Positions 37,642-52,600 of a DNA stretch of 64,000 nt are shown in pieces; the stretch's first letter is position 1; the number at the start of each line of letters is the position of its first letter. Source of the stretch: Balanoglossus misakiensis (taxonomy: Eukaryota; Animalia; Hemichordata); NCBI GenBank assembly GCA_040954595.2, contig CM082581.2, forward strand, positions 3,588,699 through 3,652,698, given 5' to 3'. The translations under genes were made by a program, and so were the position numbers. The notes beneath the pieces were generated by a model. That model was not told where the DNA came from. It searched no databases and saw nothing but the letters and a program-made list of their open reading frames with translations.

Positions 37642-40600
37642 ATGGCGGGGCCGAGATTGCTTCTGACACTAAGTTTAGTGATCGTCGTGTGCGCTCATTC
37701 GGTGGCGGGTGAAATTCACCGGGCGAAACACACTGGCAAAGTTGTGGCCCAAGAACCCAATTTCCTGGACGAAGATCAAAACAAGTTGGACGAAGTTGAC
37801 AGAGCGAATGGCAGAACGGCACTTGAAATCTGGGTGTACACACTGGCCGCGACCTTCCTTGTCGGACTTAGTGGCGTCTTCCCGTTATTGGTGATCCCTC
37901 TTCGCGATGACCCTTCAAACTACAAGGAAGGTATTTAACTTTTTGATCTTTCGAGACTTTGAACTTGCTGGACTCGGGTCAAGTCCCGGGTCAAGTCCAT
38001 ATCTGTTCTGGGTATAAAATGTCCATATCAATATACATGTACTAACAGCGTCCGTGAAGCGGACGAAATTTTATCCTAAAACACAACAGAATTGCGAGTT
38101 TTTGCCTGGTATGGCCCCGGGGGTGTGACCGTGTGGTTATAGGTTTATAGTACAGCCCACGTAGTACACATCAAAACTTTTAAGGCATATTTACTAGACT
38201 GACTGAGTAAAGGTACGGTGCCACGTATTTCGACAAACATACCATTAGATAAAAGACAATGGGGAGTAAAACTGACCATTCTTTAATTAATTGCAACATT
38301 GATTTTTTTAAAGTAAAGAATAATTTAGTTTAATTAATAATTAGTCTAATTTTCAAGGTGATTAGGACTAATAGAAGATTGTTACCTATTGATAGCCGTA
38401 TCCACTAATTTGGAAACTAAATAAATGTGTCAATTGCATATAAAAAATCACCTGTCTGGAAATTGTTACCAGTACTTAGTACAGTTCTCACATTTGTAGG
38501 CTATCATCTATGTAATTAATGTTTGTTTTTCATTATTTGTAAAGAAATTAATTTAAAAAGTGACATCAAATTTTACCAGAAAATAATTTGAAGTTCAGTA
38601 TGAAAACAATGAACATACATGTACATTCATTTCAATGATTTTAAATTAGTAGTTTTTATAAAAAAAATCGTTTACACATTTGCCCTGCAGGCCCTAGCTG
38701 GTGACATATTCTTTTTTGATATAAAAGATATTTGTACTCATCATGCGGCCATTGAATCATAAACTTTCATTTTGGCAAAGGCAATTTCTAGTGCATGTAC
38801 TGAGTAACCACATTGTAAGTTCAGATACGCAGCTTTATATATTATATCATGGTTTGCATTGTTTTCCATATGACTTTGAAAAAATAACCCAGTCATCATT
38901 TACATATATTGCCACCTGAAGTGTGTGTAAATATGAATACACTCATTTATTTTTCTCTGTACTTTGTACCAGTCGTAGACCCTAAGGGTCCATGTACCAG
39001 TACAAAAAACATATTGGTCCATTCAACCTCCCACTGTACACTGCCTTACCACCCACTACCACAGCCAAATTGCCTCAGGCCATGACAGTAGACCACATTT
39101 TCTCTGTCATAGGGACTAAACAATTTTTACGTCTAATTCAATTAAAAAAAATATTACCAGTAAACCTGTAGCCCACATCATTATGTCTAATTTGATTAAA
39201 ATATAAATGTCACACAATAAAACCAGCCACCCCCTCCCAATCATCAATGAGAGAGTTGGAAATACAGAAGTATTTCCCTTGGTAGCACAAGTCTGGCAGG
39301 GTAGTCAATTTAATTTATCTGGTACACTATAAACAAAACAAAACTATCTACAAATAATATATGCAATATAATAAACAATTCTGCACAAATCTTCTAGAAC
39401 CAAAAAAAAAAGAATAAATAAATAAATAAAACAGGAATATAAAAGAAACAGATTCTTGAACAATATAAAAAGATTGAAGATCTCAACTCAAAATGATTAA
39501 ATAAATCTGTCAAACCCATACTCAGGGAAAGTTTCCTCAGAGGACAGATCAACTGAACTATGTGAGTTAGATTAAGGAATGATATCTTTATCTTTAGTCA
39601 ATAATTAGATATTGATCCATGATCATTAATGATTCATCTTTGGCTTGAAATAGACATTAACTTGCATTAAGTCAGGGTTCACCACTGATATTTTTCAAGT
39701 GTTGTTTCTTTTGCTTATTTATTTGTGAGTGCTCAAAGACTTTACAGTAACCTCAGTGTTTTATTGTCTTCAGTTATATGACCTCTTGTCCCTACTTCAA
39801 AACATACTCAGTGTTCTCCCGAGAAATTTTTGATTTTAGGTAAAAAATATGATGGGCTGGCTTCTATTGTTTTCTCTGAAAAGCCTTTTTTATTGAAGAA
39901 ATGTTTTGAATACTTTTCTTTGTATCTCTGTCTTAAATGTACATGTAAGGTATCCAGTTAGCTCAAAAATAATACTGTGTTAAAAACATTTTCATGGCAA
40001 TTTTGACAAAAAGTCTTGATTGAATTCATTTGATCATTTTTTTCCTGTTTCGTAATCCATAGCAAAGCAATTTATAATGACTTATAGTTTTTTCTTTCCA
40101 ATTCACCATCAAACTTCCAATCCTCCAATATCATTGCTTCCAGTATTTTTATACCATTGATGCAGTGGGGGGGGGGGGGGGCTACATGTATGTAATAATG
40201 ACTTGCTTCGCTTTAAAGGGACATAAGCTGTAGCTTTTGGCTTCATTTTCAGTTTTTTTTGTGTGTGTACCAAATGCAGTTTCTTGTTCTACTCCAAACA
40301 GCATGGTGATACCAAGAACAGATGCTTAGCCTGTCTGTGTGCGTTAAAAACCATTGTTGTTGATAGTGAATTCTAGTCTGGACTTGAATTCAAATTTTGC
40401 TTAATAATAACAGTGCTGACTATACACATGACATATGTTGTGTTGATAAGCTAAAAGCTGGGCATTTCTTTGTATTTCAGGGATTTGAACAAGAAACTGC
40501 AGTAGATAAACAAAACAAAAATACTGAAAACAAAGCGAAAAGTTACAGCTAATGGAGCTTTAAAATCCACAGGCTTCTAAGAGTCACACATTCTATTTTG

Positions 40601-43600
40601 GCAATTCACTGGAGGGATACCTATGTTTAGCCGTGACCAATGAATATATATGTACATGTATGTACATGTACATTCAATGAACTTCCATTGTTTCAAGCAT
40701 TCTCATTGTGCACATTTAAATTTCATTTTTCTATAAATTGTTTAGTTCATCATATTCTACCAGAGACCCCCTGCTTATATTGTGTATTTCATCACTTCTT
40801 TTCGTGGAAACAAAAAGTTTAAGAATAACACATTGAATAAATCCAGTAAACCATAACACACATCAAATATTTCAGTCATTTCATTACCAAATGAAAAAGT
40901 TTAAGAAAAAAGACACAATATTATTCTTTGTTCAAGGTAAAAATTACAAGTGAAGGTGTGAGTGTCTGTTGTCACATTCACCCCTCCATTGCAATATACC
41001 CCGTACATGTACATGTACATGCACCGGTATATGTCATGGTTTGGGGGCTTTTTCATCTAAACATGTACCAGTTCACAGTTTAATGGATATAAGGAACTCT
41101 TCAGAAAGATGGACTCAACTGAGCAAAAATGTTGGCAAATACCCACCGTACAATTGTATGTATACAGAATGTACTCTTCTATTGTCTTGTGCTTGTGCAT
41201 AAACAGTGTCAGTGGTGGAAATGATCATACATGTATCTGTACTATATTCACTGTACATTATGTACATGTACTGTTGGGGTAAACAGAAGTGTGTTTGGCA
41301 AAATAATTTTAGGCGGTAGTGGGCTGTCCCAAGCGTACATTTCTGCCTGGGAGTGGGTGTTATGTTGGATGACTAAATGTTTGATATGTTGGTATCCCTG
41401 AGTTAGTAATTTTTCCTCTTTTGGCAGCTGTTTCTTTCCAGCTGTTATGAACACGTTGTGGTTTTGGAGGTGGTGAGCATCATAATGTTTGGTAAAACTT
41501 ATAATTGTCTATTCACAATATATATGACAAATTTACAATACATACATGTACAGTATGACAGACAACGTGACCCACACACATTCTTGGTTCAGTGTATATA
41601 TAGGCATGTCTAATCCAAAATGTGTGGCTTTTGAAATATGGTGAATAGTTTATCTTTTTGTATTTTGAAATACAACAGTTTTTTCGTATTGGGCATAACA
41701 TCTGTTATAGTCTATTTGTCACATCTGTTTGCATTTTACTTTTCATATAAAATGTATGATACCTGTATTCAACTTTACTTTTGTAGCCTCTTCTATCTGA
41801 CACTGTTCAAAATTCTAAAAGGATGGGGATAACCATATTCTAGTAATGCATACTTTAATTTGTTAGAACTGATAATTATTGGATCCAAAATGATCAGCCA
41901 AGCTGAGAAAGACTATGTAGCAAATACATTGTGAAGATTGACTGGATTTTACTGACATGAAGAACAAACAGCTGAAAATGCCAGTCAAATCTGAAGGGAC
42001 ATGGTGACATTGCTGATAACTGAATATCTCCCAATGTCATCATGACCCTTGTAACATGCTTCTGATTTGCATTTGTAAATACAGCAGTATCGGTGACAGT
42101 TGTGTGTGTGTTGTCACCTTTTCTCGTCTCTGTAGAAGAAAATCTTTCTGTAGTCATCAGTTTCATTTGGCTCAGTGCACCAAACAGAACCACCAGGAGA
42201 AAGCAATAATAGCAAGCATAGTCATCATTCATGCAGACATAATGACTTTATGAACTTCCATCATCTCACTCGTTGCTATCAGTGAAACTGGCAGTGATGT
42301 GTATATCCATGGACTCCAAAATTCATTTCTGTTTCTATAGAAGGTAATTGTAAATTGTAGTGTACCCATGACAACCGTTGCCATCATTTAAGAACTTGAC
42401 AACATGCATGTAAGCTGGTAACAAGTTTACATGCCATATTTGATTTGCTCAGCATATTTCAATTTTAGGTGATCTGTCAATCATTGGGTTCTACATGTAC
42501 TTGCCATTGATATGTTCTCATTGGAGAAAATTCATCCAAAAAAGATTTGATAGCGGTTAGTTTGATTGGCATAGAACCTTGTTTGTTGCATATGTCAGTG
42601 CAAACATATTGCATTATCTTCTCCTGGAACAGTGCATTTAGACATCACAATATTGATCCTTGAAAATCCCTGGAGGAGCTCCTGGGATTTTGATTAAAAT
42701 TCCAGGATATCTCAGGCATGCAGAAGAGAATTGATTATGATACAGTTTCTGTCTCACATATAAATATTAGAGGAAGTGGGCTTCATCTGTCTGAGCACTT
42801 GTATGTTCATCTGCCACAGCCATTACTCAGACACACCTGAATCAATATCATTCAATTTTTCAATGTTGGTATAACCTATAAGGACATTGTACTACCTTAA
42901 CTATCTGCATGATAAATTTTGATCTCCGTATTATCAAGTACATGGCAGCTGAACAGCCCTTTGTTATTTTATTTCATATCCATATAATCATTACACACTC
43001 ATGCCTTATCTTTTTAAGTCAACTTTGGCACAAGGACTATATGTATCACAAAGTACAAATGCTTGTCACAAGGTTCAGTTGGCTTTGCACGGCAATCTGT
43101 CTGTTTTTTCACCAGCTCAATGCATCCAACCATAGCTTATGAGAATATGATTCAGGCAAGTCTGGTGATGCCATCATCGTTTTGAGACAGAATATTTTTT
43201 TTTCAAATTCATCTTCTTTGTACAGAGCACAATGGAGTCATTAGGGCTTTTATTAAAACTTGTGCACAATCCCCTTTTTGTATTGTATATGATTGTGAGG
43301 AAACCATTCCATCTGGTATTATCTTGAATCCTATCACTTTTAACCTTTCATTGAGAGTGACAGAAATCACACACATGATGCGTCATGTGATTCACAATGA
43401 ACCTCAACCAAGGACTTAGAGATCCAAGTGATTGTTGGGTATTGTCAGTAGCTGTACATGTCACATGCCTTGACATGGCATGAGGAGAACGTACTATTAA
43501 GGCATGCATACATTGTACATGTCAAGTATTTGTCAATAATTTATTTGTGATACACTCCAACACAGTACCTGGTCAATAATTTATAAGCAACACTTTCGGG

Positions 43601-46600
43601 CATTTTGCAGATCAACCTGCTTTCATTCCACCATGATTTCCACCGACCTCAGTCTGTTGATCTAGTGGAGAATGTCATGGAAAATTGTTTAACATTCAAA
43701 AAATTCTGATTGCACTGTGCCATATTGCCTTTTTATATCACCATCATTATGTTCAATACCAAGTTTGTTTTTAAAAAAATCCCATCACACAATTCATTGC
43801 TGCTGACTGAGTCATTGACTGAACATTGTTTCAGTAGTGGGCTTACAAATGGTGGTTGTCAGTTCTGTGACAAGATTGTCTTGATAAGGTATGTGGCTTT
43901 ATGTCAGATGATATATGTACATGTATCTGTATCAGTGTGTCATGTCACAATAGTGGTGTTCAAACATTGTCTTGACTCTTGTTACAGTTTTTGTTGGCCA
44001 CCCATTAGCCCTTTCACCCCCAGTTCTCACTATAGAAGTCCAACTTTACCATAGAAAACAATGGATTTGGACCAAACCACAGTGACGAAAGGGTATATGA
44101 CGCATGTGTAAAGAGGTTTAGTCCTAAATTCACTGTCACTGCCTACATGTAGACAAGGTTCTGAGTCAGACTGTTATTTCCAGTTGACACTGTTACGATA
44201 TCATTTGGAAATGGCAGTTTGAGTCACCTTGGTGACAGAGGAAATTAAGCAACTTTTAGGACAATTATGACTTGAGGAAAGTACAATATCCTGTCACAGC
44301 TTTTGCTGAAGCATGGATTTGACCATATTAACGCAGATCATGCAGTGCAAACATAAGATGAAACGCTTGAAGATAGAGTTCAAAAGAGGCCACCTAACAA
44401 TACATGGTTGAGACTAAAGACAGACCTGTCAGTTTTCTAAATAATCGAGCCAAATTTTAATAGCAGCAAACATGGTGTAAATCCCTGTGAGTAGATGATG
44501 ACAAACAGTTACTGTAAAATGGGAAAGGTTTGCAAACTTCACGAGCTCCAAAAAAATTCGCAAAAATAAAAAGTCACGAAAAAATGTTTTTGGAGTTGCC
44601 ACTTGGACAACATGGACAAAAGAATCACGCTAATCTTCTCTTACAAGCTTCTTGCTTCATGTGCTTTGGTGTCTTCAGTCTTTCATCCAGAGGGGGGGGG
44701 GGGGGGGGGGCGATTCCCCTTTGTTGACCTGTTGACGCCCCCCAGCAATTGGCCAAGGGGCGACCGACGCCCCCTGCAAATGATCTCAGTCATGGTACAT
44801 ACATGTATGTATACACACAAATAATATAAGGTTATTCACAAAATACCGGGATTTATGTCCGAGTACATCGTGCAGCGCAGGTATTGTCCGAGACGCGCAG
44901 CGTCGAGGACAATACCGAAGCGTACGATGTACGAGGACATAAATCCCGGTATTTTGTGAATAACCTTATTATTATACACCTTTTCCGGACGTCCTTGATG
45001 AACGATAAAGAATAAATAGGCCGCTATCGGACTTTCTAGTTTTCAGACGCCGCCATGATGTAATTTGCATATCGGACGCGCCTTGACCTCGCGCATCAGG
45101 TGATGCTAGTGTCGAACTGCCGACGTCTCGCGCGCGACGTTCTACGCTGCTTGCGCTGAGCTCGTTCTGGAACTTGAAATGAACGCGCTCGCCTGTTCGT
45201 TCACAGATTCCTTCGACTGAAATTTCAGCGTGGATTTTGACTTATTTCGCATCTTGGGTCACCAATAATTTTGTTTAATAACGGCTCTGTACTTTTTATA
45301 TAAATTTTCGTCAGAGTAGGGTTAATATCATCATTGTTTACATTGATCACCAGTCTGAGGACGCGGAGTCCAATAACCCTGTGGGTTATGGGACTCCGCG
45401 TCCTCATTTGAATAATTATTGTACGGTGATACCGCGAATTATTGTATTACGGAACTCCATAGGTTACAGCAGTAGGTGTATAATAATATAAGGTTATTCA
45501 CAAAATACCGGGATTTATGTCCGAGTACATCGTGCAGCGCAGGTATTGTCCGAGACGCTCAGCGTCGAGGACAATACCGAAGCGTACGATGTACGAGGAC
45601 ATAAATCCCGGTATTTTGTGAATAACCTTATTATTATACACCTTTTCTGGACGTCCTTGATGAACGATAAAGAATAAATTGGCCGCTATCGGACTTTCTA
45701 GTTTTCAGACGCCGCCATTATGTAATTTGCATATCGGACGCGCCTTGACCTCGCGCATCAGGTGATGCTAGTGTCGAACTGCCGACGTCTCACGCGCGAC
45801 GTTCTACGCTGCTTGCGCTGAGCTCGTTCTGGAACTTGAAATGAACGCGCTCGCCTGTTCGTTCACAGATTCCTTTGACTGAAATTTCAGCGTGGATTTT
45901 GACTTATTTCGAATCTTGGGTCACCAATAATTTTGTTTAATAACGGCTGTGTACTTTTTTATATAATTTTTTGTCAGAGTAGGGTTAATATCATTGTTTA
46001 CATTGATCACCGGTCCTGTGAGGTCAAAGTCACAATGCGTCCAATAACCCTGTGGGTTATGGGACTCCGCGTCCTCATTTGAATAATTATTGTACGGTGA
46101 TACCGCGAATTATTGTATCACGGAACTCCATAGGTTACAGCAGTAGGTGTATAATAATTGACAATATATTTCAGTCTCCCCTTTTCAGACCGACACTCCC
46201 TCTAATATTCTGGCAAGGGACCGGCCCATTGCCATCCAACATGTAGATGGCACACTGTCCTGTGTTAGGCCATGGGCCCAGATGCGAACACAGTAACCAT
46301 AGTGTCAGAATCACAATTGTTCCATTCAGATTAGATAAGTGTCCCATCACACTACATTCATCATCCACTGACATCAAATGATTCCATTGTTCCAGAATTT
46401 GTACCTCTGTACCATGTACGCAAGGTTATTGTACGTCTCTGTAAGACAGACGTCAGGTGTCAATGGGTCTCATGGTCACCATTCTATTTGCTTATAATCT
46501 CAGCTGATCAGATACACCTTTGTTTGTGATCAAAGTCTGATTTTTTGTCCATCCAGGTGTATTGTTCACAGGAGATTCATTTCTAATATGACAGCACTTA

Positions 46601-49600
46601 TCAGTTTATATGATAATAAGGTACATTGAATTTCAACAGAACCTGGCACTATAAGCATACTGACTGCCAGACACAAGTACTCAGGTGCATTGTGTTTGTA
46701 ACAGAAAGGTCCACTGGAAGAATGCATGCACTGTCCTTACTGTCAGGTTTTTATCCAAATATTTAACAAGGCAATCAGTTGACTTTACAATAAAAAATAA
46801 TTCAACCTTTGCCTAATACAGTTATGATGCGCGCAGTAGACTTAATTACAAGACAGTTTTGCTGGTAGAATTCAGATTAGACGAGACTTTCCCGGGATAC
46901 TCAATACTAGTTATTGTCTTTTAAAAGAACAATGGTGATAAACTTAAATAAGTTTTTTTCTGGGGGGGGGGGGGGGGTCACAAATTGATCATTTTAAGTC
47001 CAAATATGTAACTGGTATACAGTACTGCACATTGTATTTCACAATGAATGTTATAAGTATCCTTAATGCTATGCTGTTTTACTGTATTGCAAGATGTTAA
47101 GAAGCCATATGACAAATGCCGATTTCACCAACTGTGCGGACAGCAGAACTATTGACCACATATATTATGCAAAAACCTGAAGTGATGTAGTTAACTTTTA
47201 GAATCATCATCTGCAGTTGCAAGAAGAGCGGTCTGTACTGCACATCAGCTGCAACACAAGTCGTGCAGGTCCCTTCCAGTTGCATTTTAAACATTGTGTT
47301 GGCTGCCAGCTCTGTTGCACAAATAGTGAGAGTAAATGAAGCCATTGGAATATTACTAGTTGTGACATCCCTTTTGGAGTAATATACTGGATAACACCAG
47401 AAAAAGTTTGAACAATTTAATTTGTGCTCAATTTCAGGCACACCTGGTCTGCAGCTTCTCCTCAGTTTCGCTGTTGGTGGTCTCCTTGGTGATGTATTTC
47501 TGCATCTGCTGCCGGAAGCTTGGGCACAAAGTGATAATGGTAAGAAAAATTGATGAAAACCAGAATAAGTTTGAATGGCATTGACATTGATGTCAGTCTA
47601 TCTATAAAATCACCTTTTGAATAGAAGTGTTCACTATCATAATTTTTATACTATTGTTGTTGTTAGGGTTAGCTAGCTGTCAAATTTCAATTTTTTTTTC
47701 AACATTAAAATACTTTAAATCTATTTTCTATCCTTTAAAATCCTCACCATACTGTATTGTTTAGTATATATTTTTGTATATGTGTCTTTGTGTTTTTGCG
47801 TGTACATTGTATTTATGTACAATGTATGCATATGTCAATCTACACTACATCCATTTGCTATGTGTGTCATCACAGTTATTTTTCTCACTTTTAATAACAA
47901 AATTGACAATGAAGAAAAATTCCAATATTGTAATTTCTTGACATTTTTATCCTGCAAAAATGCATTAAATTGCTTGCTGAATTCAACTAACATACATGCA
48001 TTCACAGATAGCAGTCCTCATTTGGGATGCATGGCACTGTTGAGAGTAAGCCCTACTATGGCTGTAAACTATTAACTGCTGTGTCTAGTCAGTAGTAATC
48101 ACATCTTGGGACACCAGTTTATGTCATGTTTTCAAGAAGAAGTTTAATATCACCAGATTCAAAATGCAACATACACTTTGCTGTGTGGGAACTTGTTTAA
48201 CTGGAAAAAGTCAAGATTGTTACTATATGAGTTTAAAAATTATGTTTAACTCAATGGTAATATCGAAAACAAATGTTTGTCAACATCTTGAATGTTCTTT
48301 TCACTTTTTTATTCTTTCAGATCATTCTCACTCCAATGATATAAGTGTTGGATTATGGGTAATCGTTGGAATATTGTCATTTTTAATTCTGGAAAAAATA
48401 TTTGCAGATGGAGAAACAGATGAATCAACTACAATAAAAACACAAGTGAGATGTTTTACTTTTATGAAAATTTTCTTTTTTTTTTGGTGTATTTATGATT
48501 GGGCACCCGTATCTTTTTGCCCGTTGCTATGCGTCGTTTTGGGACATTACATTCCGCTTTGGACTAAGCCATTTTCAGGGTCTAACAAGGGACTGGTAAC
48601 TAATTCTGTGTGAATTATTTGAATCCTTTTGCAGGAAACAACAGAAACAGAAGAGATGGTTTTATCCACAAATCACAGACAAAAAACGGCACAGAATCTA
48701 AAATCCAGGCATCAGCAGGCTAATGGTTATCAACAGAAAAAATCACAAGCAAATGGAAAAATTGTAAAAAATAAAAAAGAGTTATATTCAAATGGTCACT
48801 CTGCACAAAATGGACAGATTCAACAAATAAAACACAAAAATGCACAAGATGGAGTCAAAGAAAAAATAAAGGTAGGGTGAATTCAAATATGCATAATTTA
48901 ATGGTCAACAAGCTGCCACAGTACAATGTCATCCAGGTGTCTCGCGTACAACAATGTAGTGGTCCATATCAACGTTTCCTCATGACAGCGTCCTTATACC
49001 ACAAAGAGTAATTGTCATATTTGTGTAGATAATTACCGTAGTAACCACCGAGGTGTGCCATGGCTGATTCAGCTAAGCGTATTCAGACCGATCGCACAAT
49101 TATGTATCTGCGACTGCCTTAAATGATATCTGTGACTGTCGCTGTGGTGTACGACTTTCAAGGTTTATTTGACATATAACTAGATACAATTTGTGTATTC
49201 TTTCGTTTCTCTCCCCCCCCCCCCCCCCCCAAAGAAAAAGACCCTCCTATTTAAAGTATATTATCTTATAATACTAGTACACTTCTATCAATTTCTGATC
49301 AAATGAGCTCAGGGTCATTGACACTTTGTATTTTTTATACCTTGCAGTTCACAGGGTACCTTAATTTATTTGCCAACTGTATAGATAATTTCACACATGG
49401 TTTAGCTGTGGCAGCTAGTTTTCTTGTCAGCACGAAGGTAAGACTCTATAAAGATTTGTATAAGCGGTACATGTTGTGGGTAGTTTTGGCTTAGAATGAG
49501 TTTTTGCTGGGGGGGGGGGAAGTAAGCCACTTGAACTTTTGGGAGTAGTTGACGTTTTAGTAGCAGTAATTTTCACACTGACAAGTTTGCCATTCACCAA

Positions 49601-52600
49601 TTACAGAGATAACCACTGATAGCATTGTGAATTTTAGTAGTGACAGCTATCAAGTATTACTTTCGAGTGCTTATAAGCATGATCGCGAGTCAATACATGT
49701 ATGCAAGGAATTTAATCAGGTACTAAAGTTCACACCTTTTCCTCTGCCATATGTCATACCTGTGTTCCTCAGAATATGTCTACATTGACACAAAAAATGC
49801 AGCAAAAAGAGGTTCTATGCCAATCCAAGTTGGAAGATAAAATCATGAAAATAATACAAAAAATGGCAGCTCTAAAGGTTTTAACTCAACATATGGGTTG
49901 TTTTTAATTATTTATTATGTGATTAATCTTTATTTCGAGAGTATGCTCATAAAAAAATTACAACAAAGTAAAAATAGTTAAAATGTAAAAGCACACATTA
50001 TATTATAAATCTTTATTTTGAGAGCATGCTCATAAAAAAAATACAACAAAGTAAAAATAGCACACAAAACAACATTAAAAAAGAATATACAGACACAGTC
50101 ACAAATAAGCCTATAAAGATATAAAAACAGATATCCAAAACAAAATATGATGGGCATGGAGGTTTATTTTAATACTCACCTACACATATGGTATGCAGTA
50201 TATGTGCATCTAATCTGGTTTGGGTCTAGTCTGGGACCCTGCCCCAATCCCACCACTGGCTGCGCTATGCTAACGGGAAAGGGTCAGGCACGACCTATTG
50301 TAAACATGGCTCTCATTGGTCAATATTAAGTTGATAAGTTGTTGTAAGATACGCATTTCCCGTTCTCTCCTTCACCTCCATGAATGTTTATCATTCGATT
50401 TCCAACTTTATGACAAACGAAACAAAATAAACTGCCTGGATGAATCTTGACTGGCGTACGGACATTGGAGGCATCCATCTTGTTTATGATCACGTGGTCT
50501 TCCCAGGTTTCTGGCTGACCCCTTTCCCTTTAGCGTAGCGCAGCCAGCGGTGGGATTGGGGCAGGGAACCAGACTAGTTTGGGTCAATTTTGTGTTTTGA
50601 AAATTGAAGTGCCAATTTTACTAAATTTTCACCACATATAAACTAGCCGTTGAAAATTACCAGCCAACAGGTGCTGTAAAACGGGATATTTTCGTAAATG
50701 ATATTTTTTTTGCAAACAACGAGAGCCAAAAAAACGTGAAAATAAAAAGTCACGTAAAAATGCTTGTCGGAGATAACGATGCAGTGAAATACGAGAATGC
50801 AAAAATTAATCATCACGTAACAGTTGCATCTTTTGGAAGCTTCCTGTCATGAAAATTTCCCGTTTTACAGTATTTAGTCATGGCTTCAACATTGCACACT
50901 TAACTTTGATAGAATTTAAGTTGTAAATTCCAGCATGAGCAAAAGAATGACAACAATTGCTGTGGTCAGGTCCACACAAAGCATGCACCCTACTGGGATT
51001 TTTGATACTTCTCAGGCAGTTATCCCAAAATAGTTCCAACCATAAACAGTATTGCACTTATTTTGGAAAGGACCTGCATTGAAAAAACTTTCACCCCACC
51101 TTTTAGTGCAGTTGGCGAGTCCATTCTACCATTTTATTTATTGCTTCAGTGTTAAGGTATACGGTAACGTATGCGAATTTAGCTACTGTTAGTGTTAGCG
51201 AGTTTAACCATGGCAAATTGAAATCTAGCCAATCACAGATTTTCTGTGGGTGGCACATGCGAAAAAACAACAACACAACCATATGTGACGCTCTCCTGCA
51301 GAATGTCATTTTAACTGTTCAGAGGTTGTGTATCAGCAGCTGAAATCTTGTAAATTGTACAGATGATATCTTTAATTAATGAGATCAATGTCATTTCATT
51401 ACATGTATTGCTTACTGAAGTGTGCATTTTTAAGGTAATATATTTTGTATTTCTTTGTCAATTGTATTAAACATTTATAAGGAATCTTCTTCATTTTTTT
51501 CAGGTGGGTCTGTTAACCACTTTAGCCATAATGCTCCATGAAATCCCACATGAGGTAAGTTTTGACAAACAGGTGGTCAAGAATGTGGCCCAGAATATGT
51601 AAATGACCAAGTTTTCTGTGATTGCTTTCGAATTTGGGACACAAATTTATAACACATATGTGCAACATTTATTAAATTCTGAAATGTTCAATATTTAGCA
51701 AGTTTTTTTTGTAATTTTCTTTGTTAAGGGCTTATTGAAAGTAGTTGCTGTGTTTGTAAAGAAAATATTTGGTCTAAATGTATTTCTGTGTAATCCACAA
51801 ATGGGACCACAGTGTCCCTGACGCTTTGTTATAAACACTGATAAGGTGTAAAATACCATAAAAGAAACCACATTTAAAGTCAGATGTTATTGGCACCTAC
51901 TTAATATACACCAAACAACCAATGCTAAATTGGTAAATTCGATTGCACTTGATCTAAATTTGAACCATAAAGGCCATGTCTTGACTCGTACATACATGCA
52001 CTCATGGTCAGTGTGGAGTGACCGTGATGCACTGTAAAATCAAAAACAAGCCACAACATCTTTTACATGTATGTCTGTTATCTTGTCTACTGAGGGCTAG
52101 TTATACTTTGCGAAACGACGAAACCATTATTAAAATAGGGGCCAGTCATCAAGACGGTGGCATATGATTTTTCTAAAAGTTTCCAAATTAAAACGTAAGC
52201 GAGCCAAGAAAACTGCAGATCAGATAAATTGTTTTCTCGGAAATTCAACATTGGAATCAAATTTGGCGTTGGAAACAAACGGCGGGTCGCCAGTTCCTGG
52301 TCTGCGGCCTGGTACTATGTAGTGGTAGAGTCGACGTCGTGTGCGCGCAAACGATTCATGCCAAACTGCTACATATACACAGTGAATATACGCGCGCGCA
52401 CAACGAAACCACAAAAGATCGAAACCTCAAAATGCGGCAGCAACTGACACTATTTCCTTAAATACCACAAGGCGGGGAGGCATGAATTGCAATTAAGATA
52501 ATAAAGAAATTTCGACAATGATACTGTGTTGTGTGAGTTACATGTGTTTCTATATATAACTACTACTCTTACCCCCCATCAGTGTTTGACCCTCGAAAGC

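Noticed and set aside
44821-46158. Possible CRISPR-like or structured ncRNA array
   Set aside because: Only two long near-identical units, no unique spacers and no cas genes, in a eukaryotic intron. Better explained as a mobile-element dimer.
33435-49230. Long G/C homopolymers (near 33435, 40147, 44691, 46962, 49213)
   Set aside because: Common simple repeats with uncertain length in assemblies; no further structure seen.
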